DNA of 64,000 nt from NCBI GenBank assembly GCA_021513715.1, contig CP084167.1, positions 2,368,001-2,432,000 of the forward strand. The letters run 5' to 3'. Positions 20,701 to 26,319 of the stretch are shown piece by piece. Source of the DNA: Candidatus Heimdallarchaeum endolithica (GTDB lineage Archaea; Asgardarchaeota; Heimdallarchaeia; Heimdallarchaeales; Heimdallarchaeaceae). Position 1 is the first letter of the stretch, and the number at the start of each line of letters is the position of its first letter. Under the pieces are notes generated by a model, which saw only the letters and a list, made by a program, of their open reading frames with translations, was not told the origin of the DNA and ran no database searches. The position numbers and the translations under genes were made by a program.

Positions 20701-22357
20701 TAATGAAGATAAGTTGATAGAATTTCTAAAAGAACAAAAAGAATTCTTTGAAAGATTAAGTAAACAAGCAGCTAAAATAGAAGCTTTTCAAGAACCATTC
20801 TTTTCAAACTTGAGATTAGATATATATGAAGAAAGCCTAAGTCAATCAATACTAGACATTAATTATGAAACAATGTTAACATTATTGTTATCAAATAGAT
20901 TTAATTCTTATAACAAAATACGATTGTTTGAAGGAGATGTACCTTTCAGCAGAAACCAAATGAAATTCGCGTTCGATAATATAATACTACAATTAGGAAC
21001 AAAAACTTTCATTGAAGAAGCAAAGAAAATGGGAATATTAGATCTCAATGAGAACACAGATGAAATAATAGATATGATGAATAAAGTATTAATAAAAGTG
21101 CATCGCAATACTCCGAAGATTAGGAAGAATATTGCAAAAAAGGTGGAAATTTATGGTCCAAAAACAGCAGAAAAACAAATACTGTTTTATCATAAAGAAA
21201 GAATGCAAAGAATAAACTATCAAAAAGAGCAACTAAAAATAGAAAGAGCAGAAGAAAGACTTTGGAAACTATACGGTGAAAAAACAGAAAATAAGAAAAA
21301 AGACCTAACAGTAGAACAACTATACGAGATAGAAGAAGAATTCAACAATCTGAATGGAAAAAGCATAGTAGAAAAAACAGGAACAGGAATGGTGGTTGTC
21401 GAAAATGGTGATATATACACGGTTAAAATATTTAATGTGATAAGTGATGTAATGTACAAAAAAATATCAATAGTTCAAAGAGGATATGCTCATGATATGA
21501 TAGAAAAGGTAGTAGGGTTAGCAGAGCACATATCATACAACGAAGGTCGAAAGCGCACATATATTAATTGCGCAATGATTAACATTCTCTATCTGATACA
21601 AGCTTTAACATGCGGAAATATAAGAATTGATAATTATAAAAATTTAGAAGAATTGAAAAAATTAGAAGAATTCAAAAAAATACTGATAAATTATCTGGGC
21701 AAAGAAAGAACGGAAAGAATACTGAAATTATTCAAAGAACCAATGATAGGCGTAAAAACTTCACCAAGAGTTGACGAAAAATTAAAAACAGGTTTTTTAC
21801 AAACCTTTGGGTCAGTAGATTTTCATCAACCAAGTAAAACTTTACCAGACATATATGGAAAATATGCATTAAACGGAATGATGAAAAAAAATATACTGAT
21901 GCTACTAGAAATTATATATGGAATATATTACACAGGAGTGAAATATACGAAAGATCTGAATGAAAACCTGACAGATACAATAATAATGAAATTCAAAAAA
22001 ACAATTGAGGATGGAAAAGAAATATTACGTTTAAAAGATGTAAAATTAAGAAAAGAAGAACTAGAAGGAGAATTCATATATACAATTAAAGAACTGAATA
22101 CTGGACTAGACGAAAAAACAAAAACAATATTGTTAAAACTCGCAAAAAAACCATATTCATCAGTGTTCGGACCAGAATTCATGAGCAAAAATGAATTACA
22201 AAAAATGGTGGACAAGATAATAGACGAATATGAAAAAATAATTCAACTGAAAATAAGGAATTTTAACGATATAATAACTGAAGAGGACATGAAGGTAGTG
22301 TTAATAGCAGAAGAATTCAAAATAGAAAACCTATTAAAAATATTTAAAACAAAATAA
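5732..22357 (+). CDS. Giant protein 2 of element A (5541 aa): signal anchor, acidic beta-rich ectodomain, hydrophobic cluster, Lys/Glu-rich C-terminal region; function unknown
   Basis: Uninterrupted 16.6-kb ORF starting 2 nt after the previous stop; N-terminal hydrophobic SLVITGVALFISVIVILQSF; Ca-binding-like DLDEDGEED and DTNGDGLED; hydrophobic helices at nt ~16600-18040; homologous to the ORF at 51105. Confidence 0.9.
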   Translation: MQKIKSKMNTFLGKLNKRSLVITGVALFISVIVILQSFSIALYPQSSDDDSYTFFYSDFSDKEEWKGVYRLSWGSIIVDSNFNAMSKKIDLYWYGMQQLFLEVKGIDSLKLDSSSAIQVIDADTSRILYELRGSQLSSFNVSVDLSAYVYEDTSALYINIIGSIKIIDYIRIFTPKLYYHNFLNDGKTFPNAYHEFNQLYIDYLAYTEEVTYETPVIKVPEGNNVNLTFAFNLVPSLTSNYSMFAHIYADIYGLGGFGEVEQRIELGYSYTNMSFGADYVSLIDKEITLLGNYYVRFYLNFDCFETNEEDIQIKLIAFFIQPHNNVEAQSEYVDPALYIRKSPNAYISEQVVEGRVFNALTVDRQGYIATYKISHMDTIFYDKLDPSTIEENYTIGNPDTLVYDFDSSKNLRLNSSGYLYSSESIGSDFSVSTSFNLNSLASNRIFAGIGIYGTHSYEFAVGNMTLYEETYVDEETTTVKVKEVYQAYLHVYKDNLLIRSYALNQTFGEGQVISLSLSSKFGYKAYSVQINYEEIVISLPEIIAIGGKPGIFAKIPQPSPDNFVSFYYLSASGITEYSPRRLLIYSKTQQYVTVVLKATRINPLSFSSEKVVIDEKKLSQNKEGILYFSYIPKPFEYIHLEVYCTNPDEELTSSFSILAMKFSGIHEYNTIIPSYDYYDISDSVYFEKRNLISEDLSDNFIASYDAIVEERYSLLEIGAEAQDSLPDTQIDIYTRKLNSGLPFTFQGTVYWTEHESGSFFSHVLYLDLSPGNYEIRLERPLIFTSKLNISYLLLRPLTSYANAVTDSVGFTNPLSWEKDFTTDKIDAFNGIDQFIEESYYSLVHPSCYMKDDGNGNYEQYTDWTPSTDDTQIWSVEDNLASFVGGVKLDIPDVSTGSEGYPYLRFVARTYSNYTIDLKLTLTYSDGSTNEYYYSVSQEPKVYFFNFDYTDSPKILSGIEFFTNYILYNDKDESVIVSDIHLYRFTNIEVKLEDQSYLDDSGFDTSDYSGDNFSVAPFLSDYYGLLDIDLNYIPSNERVKVWTDNDAEGLKQYYYNNNNHYLLPSTVTVPINDWRVNKGASVGIYSTPLTSLNLNFMISMDIENRKTFNEDMTIELFEYKFKPNTDAYATSLPYSYYKLKFYLYGSIEMQNEEGEMEGGYLYYRLFAYDGVEETELTPTYDMLSDNTDFLQAISTNTLDFPNMLRITDNYEKGITHLIYNTNEESELRAVFPVNFEEAYTISIHFGQDQRIEREYADADSKNDVFDTPFFVGVSSFDTFLELYEGSGEKATLLFADVTIPSSMFPSLFIQTSEAINSTTELSWETDYSINWTPEPTFYVNSYEPSRNDETGYKPLAHHINLFENRYLLLEDLKTIFEEIDVTPYLVNENYGDFLYLPKYYSATLSTFQDVYVTNYDLSFEGTGNFQLIGNTILSSYTFDYNDEKNKNWKNEFIYKTVSSLKFISTYEKDSLPKTYLSCLDYLSYEYYAKNKKREYSFTDGFTNYEDWTTVDFSLFERVKEPSLRSSPLGLVIDENSIDFTNENMDSIYDYFDPTDELEDLFSFSGKTMYYLPSYYMKGGDDQPGHSLWDRVLAGEAFQGFNPSSSPYYQNQQYLYNNWMYDLQSQIIQKEAKNIDEDSELNIYNFYDEFPEDGLDFSCMLPDYLRFKPVYYSASLPKDFIWSFDINVDSWSLGNLAEDYVKFFDKEEGRYSFYITIPIILPSHGNKPYYQDLSPDPNVLRLFIYYDSGTEYHDSEIEKGYVKLDPHYSIYLGRSIIGVWKASESVSLHFEIAVEEKEIDESYAIYQEGVNGGPQITAYYDYNLQMWINNDNMYWDLLKLPMWMLTITYPYKDKDYDAIENTYQYDLMYNQLFNTLPSENGYINPQYFQAFNTYYKGLYGDKEPTGFQIDGRLFFDTGTLTEHTYHWLQYQRSLVSDKYYSLSLSEYGIDPSDPSLYDLDYHYYSRDNYAGMVRSDMADVRFENPRYVRGEYDWFNIANEIYENDFALYNIDYALDNSLYKIPQRTIGFGVNYPFVGISDVSITPLNSIQTTDLDEDGEEDFSVINGEVATDGENVIVKPGSAITSLDLSNDLDIAIKYKDIISSCRGYYDKTLLDYSFEVGLQDLHNPNLKYYFYMKNRYPYNQYFEYKNSEQIDSIDHFGGDDSLPSLDSGITQPLMGTYVGIKGYAQSSSDYSLITDTLSSTFKRIFQPKNSILYDYLNIKYDVTTKILTFILWSEKYGNKQSYEISYNLSETGELGTNDLTNYTLYFKTENAYLFIDKIYTRTFMPVEDTNSERYYRGAGKLGDYYLYSPVNHGLELQNQVKLSYEDYNLNSFPSTEFYFIPTSESSFSLDLFGIKSDDTLENFLKLEINGKECKLSLDSGDSWNSLNNTEIENMFDVVNSYTWNSLSIHRGSEEDQLIINLNNQDYPFVFYIDTEEYYKYKFTLTHKRSRTVIDNLSFISLYEEFENDRELLNDEWEKDISRGFYRQIQVTKVQSQLIIYGAAIIEGETEVAVTFNDDPSTTVSQVWKMSSVGMKMDYFSYVIPSSVDMSSPVKISLSVSNMAIINWLSIEPMKDVESILYLSNNNKYINQVYSPMEYLSGSELVDTSTYEQPHALEVGGTTQVKFKYNYSPEDLDVAPNVVFEGFIKGQGKISFSFQVKLPDKLTSLNVNFIGLVGVGESTEQYIATISREEKTITYSAILSSAEEQEQWKYFYISLYQLARHIPKELLVDNYSNGSKEVDLLDENYPVSGIISDAKMVVNYAGAYVEKIIQLEKGASQNLYISDLKSTITNIHSAYPYENALSSLSEEIKWKKYDVPFDGYIPLDNVYLDDFDGSSYYIYDVVVYVDASTYSKVHLTVETEGSFVLSNRYSIILQKMGFSNEVVSTVFSAQQGYTPLYLHVVFPKTAFNQNIRIQYISNGGVAISAENNREGDAISEWLISTPFYSEKNEDTVDYLNFISQVTPMEGERFEKRVVDSEGFTHTETIEFSEFTFPGFCPILDFVPHAVPSGYSVILTTTLDFAKSLNTSLVLLLNKESGITIQSLLWDETPLLYINEGVFNEIDSDLENGMITIPLNSEGLTVNSLFSPKENNPNEYGFIENDPDYNFHFSSSDPYSIKTSSVNPDSVILNNKGIHRIVIQLTFPSPYNTDFGIYLENVDDSVRTVLSPSDKAIDFHAVAQKNFIQFENDLHQPQTLAQLEKNENTLFKSRYFKDDYGQYHSYRIYSLGFSDEYTLDKGKKWKIYDGDTDDSNDVIYESTTHYNWKHVIGKMNFAIVIDEGTPQVLQLPFNFLVGYMVFCDWLDTNGDGLEDTCAPYIGLADPLDASSTYDDVKKGVVYNTEEEKKISYDVTDEQQAELKNLTVHQSLVSSLSTTVITKTEEEIPLSYTSDEIAAIQNNGLTLDRYLHSLIENDYLTYSKDIARVKITISSSNNKAIDLAYDYDKEVLFTHSIDNATGEEEKIVYDFRYDCFSVLTPDAFANDNYRVDFYTFNNKLSLYNTDLYKLKETPNSYGLFDDPQTLSPMVVLENYNYEIKETVNSLDSKDEEILNNTPTTIVDAFVQGLTLSQLSVEMYDAEIEMDYYSLDLFYSVFFNEYLTLQQFFSSQETLNNNQKHQYYPTGTIQFAIWISSILNSYIIHQSDKLFDEYQNRTSRYDSEKKAIAAMSFLLDLIIPYRGFKTYGAEPEPEETHHPRFSSYVDFKYSLVMFWGLILGNSAGCGIPKNSIPMFRDSERTGKLLMIDELWDKAIKNWNLADKSRIDDPSEYLPYTDQAVVDKILFDARVRGDEAMIDWITNEDYSAEAYYMQPYGVDYAIYYWLKAFTIQQGYDPYAIKVYTIEEMNSQEREDFDENYFVIGVPVSTIEDRYLEYNWFVSLDKETRVPTSATSQLIDFIPLVFGQSSNPHVRTMMKIIKRLGNVAKGENFGYNTFSMSEFSLIVTLEFLVNLIDIGALLIDIRDAYIGATPFIRKMSLMQIPMDILDLFTPGPFSLVGNTMNNIFKSIVGDIPTGVKGLTKTANLLDIIQNSAQGEWKSIARAAGKSELMIWIVEAAQVTYRFSTLANQFYQWFFFLPQKIFMSSLQITLNSFMIFASKMIYTIRRMDIEEATLLNIKAQEYFYQGLDDTAKMTRAILSHPKMLSRFGTEGLIERANIVAKYYMNIIIKKVMELEATSKAILESVEKSRFYVMMALRYATHMYMNTPGGVGIHFSPNLIDNDKETEGRYFSTVDNTTIRHDISNSLDIYRFNYIADSKTRLNFEKAKFTISDLEAAKIKLAISFSSLSAIHSTPETFQAYKETLEYIDERLKQITNEEGENLEYTPIWWILHVPVNADMNKYSLRPIFDENPAVSFVLRIFMLEKALNENLEKSMAEGEINFGDYDVRTEYEKEIRSSLDKILSSAPVGLSHRGFELVEDIDRKYVWRARILELFGQTQGSLCKLKTRDEFGDWVRYGRTGTDLLGLFGYEEYKQCKKTIRRILSARSQDAVSFIYYFMSLGLFGFRFYSDDESVMAQLRKDFPDHDFDTEPSISFTKLATKYGVSDFQGLMPSKEFIVQALTHLGLKGLAIDTKITNSLYSVTDSMGIFNKAIAKNILTSVAAENAYIGHGSVIYYKDKTQGEIIKDFDKNSVYFARYVDGKDTKPPMAFIPGDAILLYDTNEDRYLFLRNNYPERFFYEGFTFQKTEFLVYWFRINEVTGKGEVVYDILDHYCKDEEGKLKEGITIVGTEDVLTDMNKFYPKRNKIRSSQPIISIEVKQNGENTDYVVSMDEKLPLFKFVGGDYATPTEKDINFASFLYPSKYSGNIVFGLLDDNLEFIDEKGLWPVYMGLSPSRYTYNVKGINLENVNSAKELLDKLDKKENLPEVEVATNTNKLITRPATVQEVNQQRVYELIRWYTTNQVYTYYVSTLKKENKAFLCRAYLDDWNAVKSLGEIIEIIEDSEGYLYQKYGYKNKQEYLNFRINMIQTIINEQEQFYKYKFKDDNLSNEDKLIEFLKEQKEFFERLSKQAAKIEAFQEPFFSNLRLDIYEESLSQSILDINYETMLTLLLSNRFNSYNKIRLFEGDVPFSRNQMKFAFDNIILQLGTKTFIEEAKKMGILDLNENTDEIIDMMNKVLIKVHRNTPKIRKNIAKKVEIYGPKTAEKQILFYHKERMQRINYQKEQLKIERAEERLWKLYGEKTENKKKDLTVEQLYEIEEEFNNLNGKSIVEKTGTGMVVVENGDIYTVKIFNVISDVMYKKISIVQRGYAHDMIEKVVGLAEHISYNEGRKRTYINCAMINILYLIQALTCGNIRIDNYKNLEELKKLEEFKKILINYLGKERTERILKLFKEPMIGVKTSPRVDEKLKTGFLQTFGSVDFHQPSKTLPDIYGKYALNGMMKKNILMLLEIIYGIYYTGVKYTKDLNENLTDTIIMKFKKTIEDGKEILRLKDVKLRKEELEGEFIYTIKELNTGLDEKTKTILLKLAKKPYSSVFGPEFMSKNELQKMVDKIIDEYEKIIQLKIRNFNDIITEEDMKVVLIAEEFKIENLLKIFKTK

Positions 22358-22389
22358 CAAAAGTAAATGCCACAATAATTAGAAAAACC

Positions 22390-22507
22390 TGGCGCCGCGC
22401 AAAGGACTTGAACCTTTGGTCTTTCGGTTGCTGCTCTTTTTACACCTTTCGTGCATTCTTTTTTTCTGATTAACAGCCGAATGCTCTACCGACTAAGCTA
22501 GCGCGGC
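22390..22507 (-). tRNA. trnN: tRNA-Asn(GTT) with 42-nt canonical 37/38 intron (22429-22470), encoded CCA
   Basis: Reverse complement folds as GCCGCGC/GCGCGGC acceptor, GCTT/GAGC D-stem, TTCGG/CCGAA anticodon stem with CT-GTT-A, AAAGG-TTCAAGT-CCTTT T-arm, G73, CCA. BHB helix CTGT/GCAG. Confidence 0.95.
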
Positions 22508-22509
22508 TA

Positions 22510-22620
22510 TGTTTTTGTTTTCCTTTTACGTTTCTTCTATTTTTCCTTTGTTTTTAAAGTTTTTTTTCTTTGCTTGCTTTTTTCTTTAGTTTTTTTTCTT
22601 TTTATTTTTGTTTTTTATCC
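22510..22620 (+). terminator. Long oligo-T tract, probable terminator zone for the giant-gene transcript
   Basis: About 110 nt of stacked T-runs on the + strand right after the giant operon and tRNA; archaeal termination uses oligo-U tracts. Confidence 0.4.
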
Positions 22621-22780
22621 ATCTTGTTTGCAATAATGAGTTTTTTACTCAACAAATTTTTGTAAAATTTCATAGTGGGCACTTTTACAATTACATTAGA
22701 GTCCCTTTCGTTTTCACTTCCTATATCAGTTGATATATTACTTATTCTTTTTCTATTTTTTTCGATTCCTTAAACTTAAG

Positions 22781-22788
22781 TTTAAATA
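22781..22788 (+). promoter_or_regulatory. TATA box for probably leaderless DinG-family gene
   Basis: TTTAAATA about 30 nt upstream of the ATG at 22817. Confidence 0.5.
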
Positions 22789-22816
22789 ATCAAATATTTT
22801 TATTCTTTCAGATTAT

Positions 22817-25210
22817 ATGAGCCATTTTTCAGTGTTAACTCTTTCTGTTCGCGAGCTTGTTGAGTATTCATTACGTTCTGGAAGTATTCAATCTAGTTTT
22901 TTTTCTTCTTATCGAATGCTTGATGGGATTGAAGGTCATAAATATGTTCAGAAAAAACGTCCTTCTACATATAAGAGTGAGGTTACTATCTCTGGAAATA
23001 TTTCTTTTCAAGGTTATTCTTTTACTCTTAGAGGGCGAATTGATGGGTTATTTCGTTCTTTAGATTATTTCGTTTTGGAGGAGATTAAGACTACCTCCCG
23101 CCCTTTGTCCTCTATTACTCGAGATGATAATCCTCATTATTGGGCTCAGGCTAAATGTTACGCTTATCTCTATTCTAAAGAACACGATCTTTCCTCTATT
23201 GTTGTTCAACTTTGTTATTTTAATATTGATACAAAAAAAGAAAGAACTTTTTCTGAAGTTTACAATATTAAACAGTTAGAGTCTTTTGTTTTTTCCTTAC
23301 TTGAGGAATATTTATCATGGATTAAACTTGTTATTAATGAGCGAGAAAAACGCGACTTATCTCTTTCTTCTTTTCTCTCTTTCCCTTTCCCTCAGTTCAG
23401 AAAAGGGCAGAAACAAATGATTGACTTTGTTCGTTCTCATATCTCTTCTGGTCAGATAGCCTTTTGTCAAGCTCCTACAGGTATAGGAAAAACCATTGCT
23501 GTGTTATATCCTGCCATAGAGTATCTTCAATCTGATCCCTCTGCTCAAATTTTTTATCTTACATCAAAGACAACGCAGAAAGCAATTGCTGAAAAAACCT
23601 TAGATCTCTTACGTAAAAATGGGTTGAAAATAAAATCTCTTACTCTTACCGCTAAGTCTCAGATTTGTTTTAAGGAAAAAAGTGTTTGTGATCCATCTTT
23701 ATGTGAGTACGCTGATGGTCATTTTGATAGAATTAATGATGCGATAAAAGATATATTCCCTAAAGATTCTTTTACTAGAGAAAGAATTACTAAATATGCT
23801 CAAAAGCATCGTGTTTGCCCTTTTGAGTTTTCTTTAGATCTTTCACTCTTTTCAGATTGCATAATTTGTGATTATAATTACCTTTTCGATCCTCGGGTTA
23901 AATTAAAACGCTTTTTTGATTTTAATTCTGGTTCCTATGTTTTTCTTATTGATGAAGCACATAATTTGGTTGAACGTGCAAGAAACATGTTCTCTGCAGA
24001 GTTAAATAAACGAACTTTTTTGCTTTTAAAAAGTAAAACAAAAGAGATTTTACCTCATATTTCAAAACTTTTGGGTGCTTTAAATAAACATATGATTAAT
24101 TTCAGAAAAGATTGTGAGCAGAAAGGAAAAAGAGATATTGCTCTCCTTTCTCCGCCTAAAAAAGATTTTATTCGCGATCTTAAGAAATTCATTGTTGAAA
24201 GTGAAAAATGGTTGGCATTAAATATATTAACGGATTTTAGAGAAGAACTTTTGGAATTATATTTTGATGTTAGGAGCTTTCTTAACATTACTGAATTGTA
24301 TGACTCTAATTATGTGACTTATTACTCTAAGCAATCTAAAGGTGATCTATTGGTCAAGCTTTTCTGTATCGACCCTTCGATTCTAGTAAATAAAGAATTA
24401 AAGAAAGGCCATTCTTCTATTTTCTTCTCTGCGACGCTTACTCCTTTAGATTACTATGTTAACTTACTTGTTGGCGAGCGAAGAAAAAATATTCTCGAAC
24501 TAGATTCTCCCTTTCCCCCAGAAAATTTTCTTGTTCTAATTAACGATACCATTTCTACAAAATATAAGGATAGAAATGAAACATTTAATGAAATTGTTGA
24601 AGCTATCGTTTCTTTTATTGAAACAAAAAAAGGAAATTTCATGGTTTATTTTCCATCATACGAATATATGCAAAAAATTGTTCCTTATGTAAAAGAGTAT
24701 GAAAGAACTAGAGGAATGGAAATTATTGTTCAGGATAAAGAGATGAACGAAAGCGATAGAGAAATTTTTCTCAAGAAGTTTCATAAACATGGAAAAAGAA
24801 CATTAGTAGGTTTCGTAGTTTTGGGAGGAATTTTTGGTGAGAGCATAGATCTGGTCGGAGAAAAGTTGTCTGGAGTTGTAGTTGTTGGAGTAGGTTTACC
24901 AAAAATATGTTTTGAGAGAGAATTAATGAAGAACTACTTTGATGCAAAAATGAAACAAGGTTTTCACTATTCTTATACCTTTCCTGGGTTAAATAGAGTT
25001 CTTCAAGCAGTTGGAAGGTTGATAAGAACTGAAAAAGATAGGGGAGTAGTTTTATTAGTTGATGATCGTTTCACAAACCCCACATACAAACGACTTTTAC
25101 CTTGTTATTGGAAAAACGTTGTGATTGTAAAGAATAGTAAAGAAATAAGTAAACACACTCTAGAATTCTGGGAGAAAAAAAGAAAAAGAAAAAAAAAGAA
25201 AGTTGAATAG
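22817..25210 (+). CDS. dinG: Rad3/XPD/DinG-family Fe-S helicase with N-terminal PD-(D/E)XK nuclease domain (EndoDinG-like)
   Basis: N-terminal GRIDG...EEIKT...WAQAKCY nuclease motifs; Q-motif FRKGQ; Walker A APTGIGKT; Fe-S cysteines ICF..VCDPSLC...CPFE; DEAH; SATL; motif VI QAVGRLIR. Confidence 0.9.
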   Translation: MSHFSVLTLSVRELVEYSLRSGSIQSSFFSSYRMLDGIEGHKYVQKKRPSTYKSEVTISGNISFQGYSFTLRGRIDGLFRSLDYFVLEEIKTTSRPLSSITRDDNPHYWAQAKCYAYLYSKEHDLSSIVVQLCYFNIDTKKERTFSEVYNIKQLESFVFSLLEEYLSWIKLVINEREKRDLSLSSFLSFPFPQFRKGQKQMIDFVRSHISSGQIAFCQAPTGIGKTIAVLYPAIEYLQSDPSAQIFYLTSKTTQKAIAEKTLDLLRKNGLKIKSLTLTAKSQICFKEKSVCDPSLCEYADGHFDRINDAIKDIFPKDSFTRERITKYAQKHRVCPFEFSLDLSLFSDCIICDYNYLFDPRVKLKRFFDFNSGSYVFLIDEAHNLVERARNMFSAELNKRTFLLLKSKTKEILPHISKLLGALNKHMINFRKDCEQKGKRDIALLSPPKKDFIRDLKKFIVESEKWLALNILTDFREELLELYFDVRSFLNITELYDSNYVTYYSKQSKGDLLVKLFCIDPSILVNKELKKGHSSIFFSATLTPLDYYVNLLVGERRKNILELDSPFPPENFLVLINDTISTKYKDRNETFNEIVEAIVSFIETKKGNFMVYFPSYEYMQKIVPYVKEYERTRGMEIIVQDKEMNESDREIFLKKFHKHGKRTLVGFVVLGGIFGESIDLVGEKLSGVVVVGVGLPKICFERELMKNYFDAKMKQGFHYSYTFPGLNRVLQAVGRLIRTEKDRGVVLLVDDRFTNPTYKRLLPCYWKNVVIVKNSKEISKHTLEFWEKKRKRKKKKVE

Positions 25211-25230
25211 TTAAAATTTGTTTAATTTTT

Positions 25231-25881
25231 TCACTTAATGAATCTTTTTCTTAGTTCTGAAGCATTAATTTGAGTTATCACTTCGATGTCTTTTTCTTTT
25301 AATCCTGCACCTAAAATGAGATCGGAAACTCTTTTCTGAGAAAGCATGTCTGAAGGAGTATGTGTGTCCGAATTTACTAACATCTTGGCATTATATTTTT
25401 TAGCTAGTCTGGCTACATGACCATTAGTAAAACTATGTCCCTTTCTTCCAGAAAGTTCGAGGAAAACATCGTTTTCAACAGCAAGCTTGACTTCTTCTTC
25501 AGTAATTAAACCTGGATGAGCAAGGATATCAACATAACCCGAATTTAAAGCAGCAAAATTCGTTCCTTTTCTAACAGGTTCAACTATTGTTTCACCATGA
25601 ACAATAACCAGTAAACCAGCTTGCTTTGCTTTTTTAGCTAACTCTGGTATCCTAGACGGAAGAACGTGTGTGATTTCTACCCCCGGAATAACGTCTATCA
25701 TATCACTTTCGTTTAACATCTTGGAAAGCTCAATTATTACACGATCAATAGTTGAAACATCAACATGGTCTGTTATAGCTATGGAAGTATAACCATTTGC
25801 TTCTGCTCTACGAACGAGTTCTGAAGGAAGTAAAAAACCATCCGAAAGAATGGTGTGCATATGAAAATCTGTAAAAGACAT
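25231..25881 (-). CDS. PHP-family phosphoesterase (histidinol-phosphatase-like, archaeal type)
   Basis: DFHMHT..SDG, AITDH, GVEITH, ILAHPG and NSDTH metal-binding motifs. Confidence 0.9.
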   Translation of the reverse strand: MSFTDFHMHTILSDGFLLPSELVRRAEANGYTSIAITDHVDVSTIDRVIIELSKMLNESDMIDVIPGVEITHVLPSRIPELAKKAKQAGLLVIVHGETIVEPVRKGTNFAALNSGYVDILAHPGLITEEEVKLAVENDVFLELSGRKGHSFTNGHVARLAKKYNAKMLVNSDTHTPSDMLSQKRVSDLILGAGLKEKDIEVITQINASELRKRFIK

Positions 25882-26083
25882 AAAAAAAAATTTGAAGTTG
25901 TCTAATTAATATTTCTATAATCAATAAAAACCAATTTTTTGCCTAATTCGATCAAAACAGAACCATATATTTAAAAAAGCATATAAAGATAAATAGATGC
26001 TACAAATCGAAAGTTTAAAAAAAGGAACAAAAAAAAGATAAATAACCCCAATTGTTCATTGGATAGAAGACAATAACTTGCGT

Positions 26084-26197
26084 GGGCTGGTAGTTCAGAG
26101 GAAGAACGATTCATTTGCAGTGAATAGGCCGGGGGTTCGAGAATTAAAGTTTCAGGCGCTGTGGGCACCGAATCCGAAAATCCCCCCCAGTCCACCA
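26084..26197 (+). tRNA. trnA: tRNA-Ala(TGC) with non-canonical ~39-nt intron in the T-loop (~26142-26180, position 59/60), encoded CCA
   Basis: Acceptor GGGCTGG/CCAGTCC with the G3:U70 alanine identity pair; GTTC/GAAC D-stem; ATTCA-TTTGCAG-TGAAT anticodon arm; GGGGG/CCCCC T-stem interrupted after TTCGAG; TTCG/CGAA helix with 3-nt AAT bulge; A73, CCA. Confidence 0.9.
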
Positions 26198-26319
26198 AAC
26201 CCTTTTTCAATCATTGTTACTTATAAAAAACAAATTTATCTTGAACATTAAGCCCTTTCATCATATCTGTTTGTGATTTTTTCGAAAGGTTTATTGTTCT
26301 CTTTTTCTTACTTCTTCCA

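Larger units (their letters stand above)
1..22389. mobile_element. Giant integrative element A (Aloposon-like), right part; abuts 3' end of tRNA-Asn; left end outside window
   Basis: Tandem giant genes homologous to those of element B end 32 bp from the CCA end of tRNA-Asn; housekeeping-type genes resume beyond the tRNA. The att duplication is not visible in the window. Confidence 0.75.

Noticed and set aside
1541-22215. Many 60-100 aa ORFs nested in or antisense to the giant genes (also in 41934-60723 and other long CDSs)
   Set aside because: Shadow ORFs fully inside long coding frames, with no motifs or independent signals.
22358-22507. SSV-type split integrase fragment overlapping tRNA-Asn
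   Set aside because: No integrase-like reading frame or R-H-x-x-R-Y motifs adjacent to or across the tRNA.
22625-22690. Short inverted repeats TGAG..CTCA and TTGTAAAA..TTTTACAA between tRNA-Asn and dinG
   Set aside because: Short and AT-rich, so plausible by chance; could be operator sites but unsupported.
25971-26210. 79-aa minus-strand ORF
   Set aside because: It is the antisense of the intron-containing tRNA-Ala gene.
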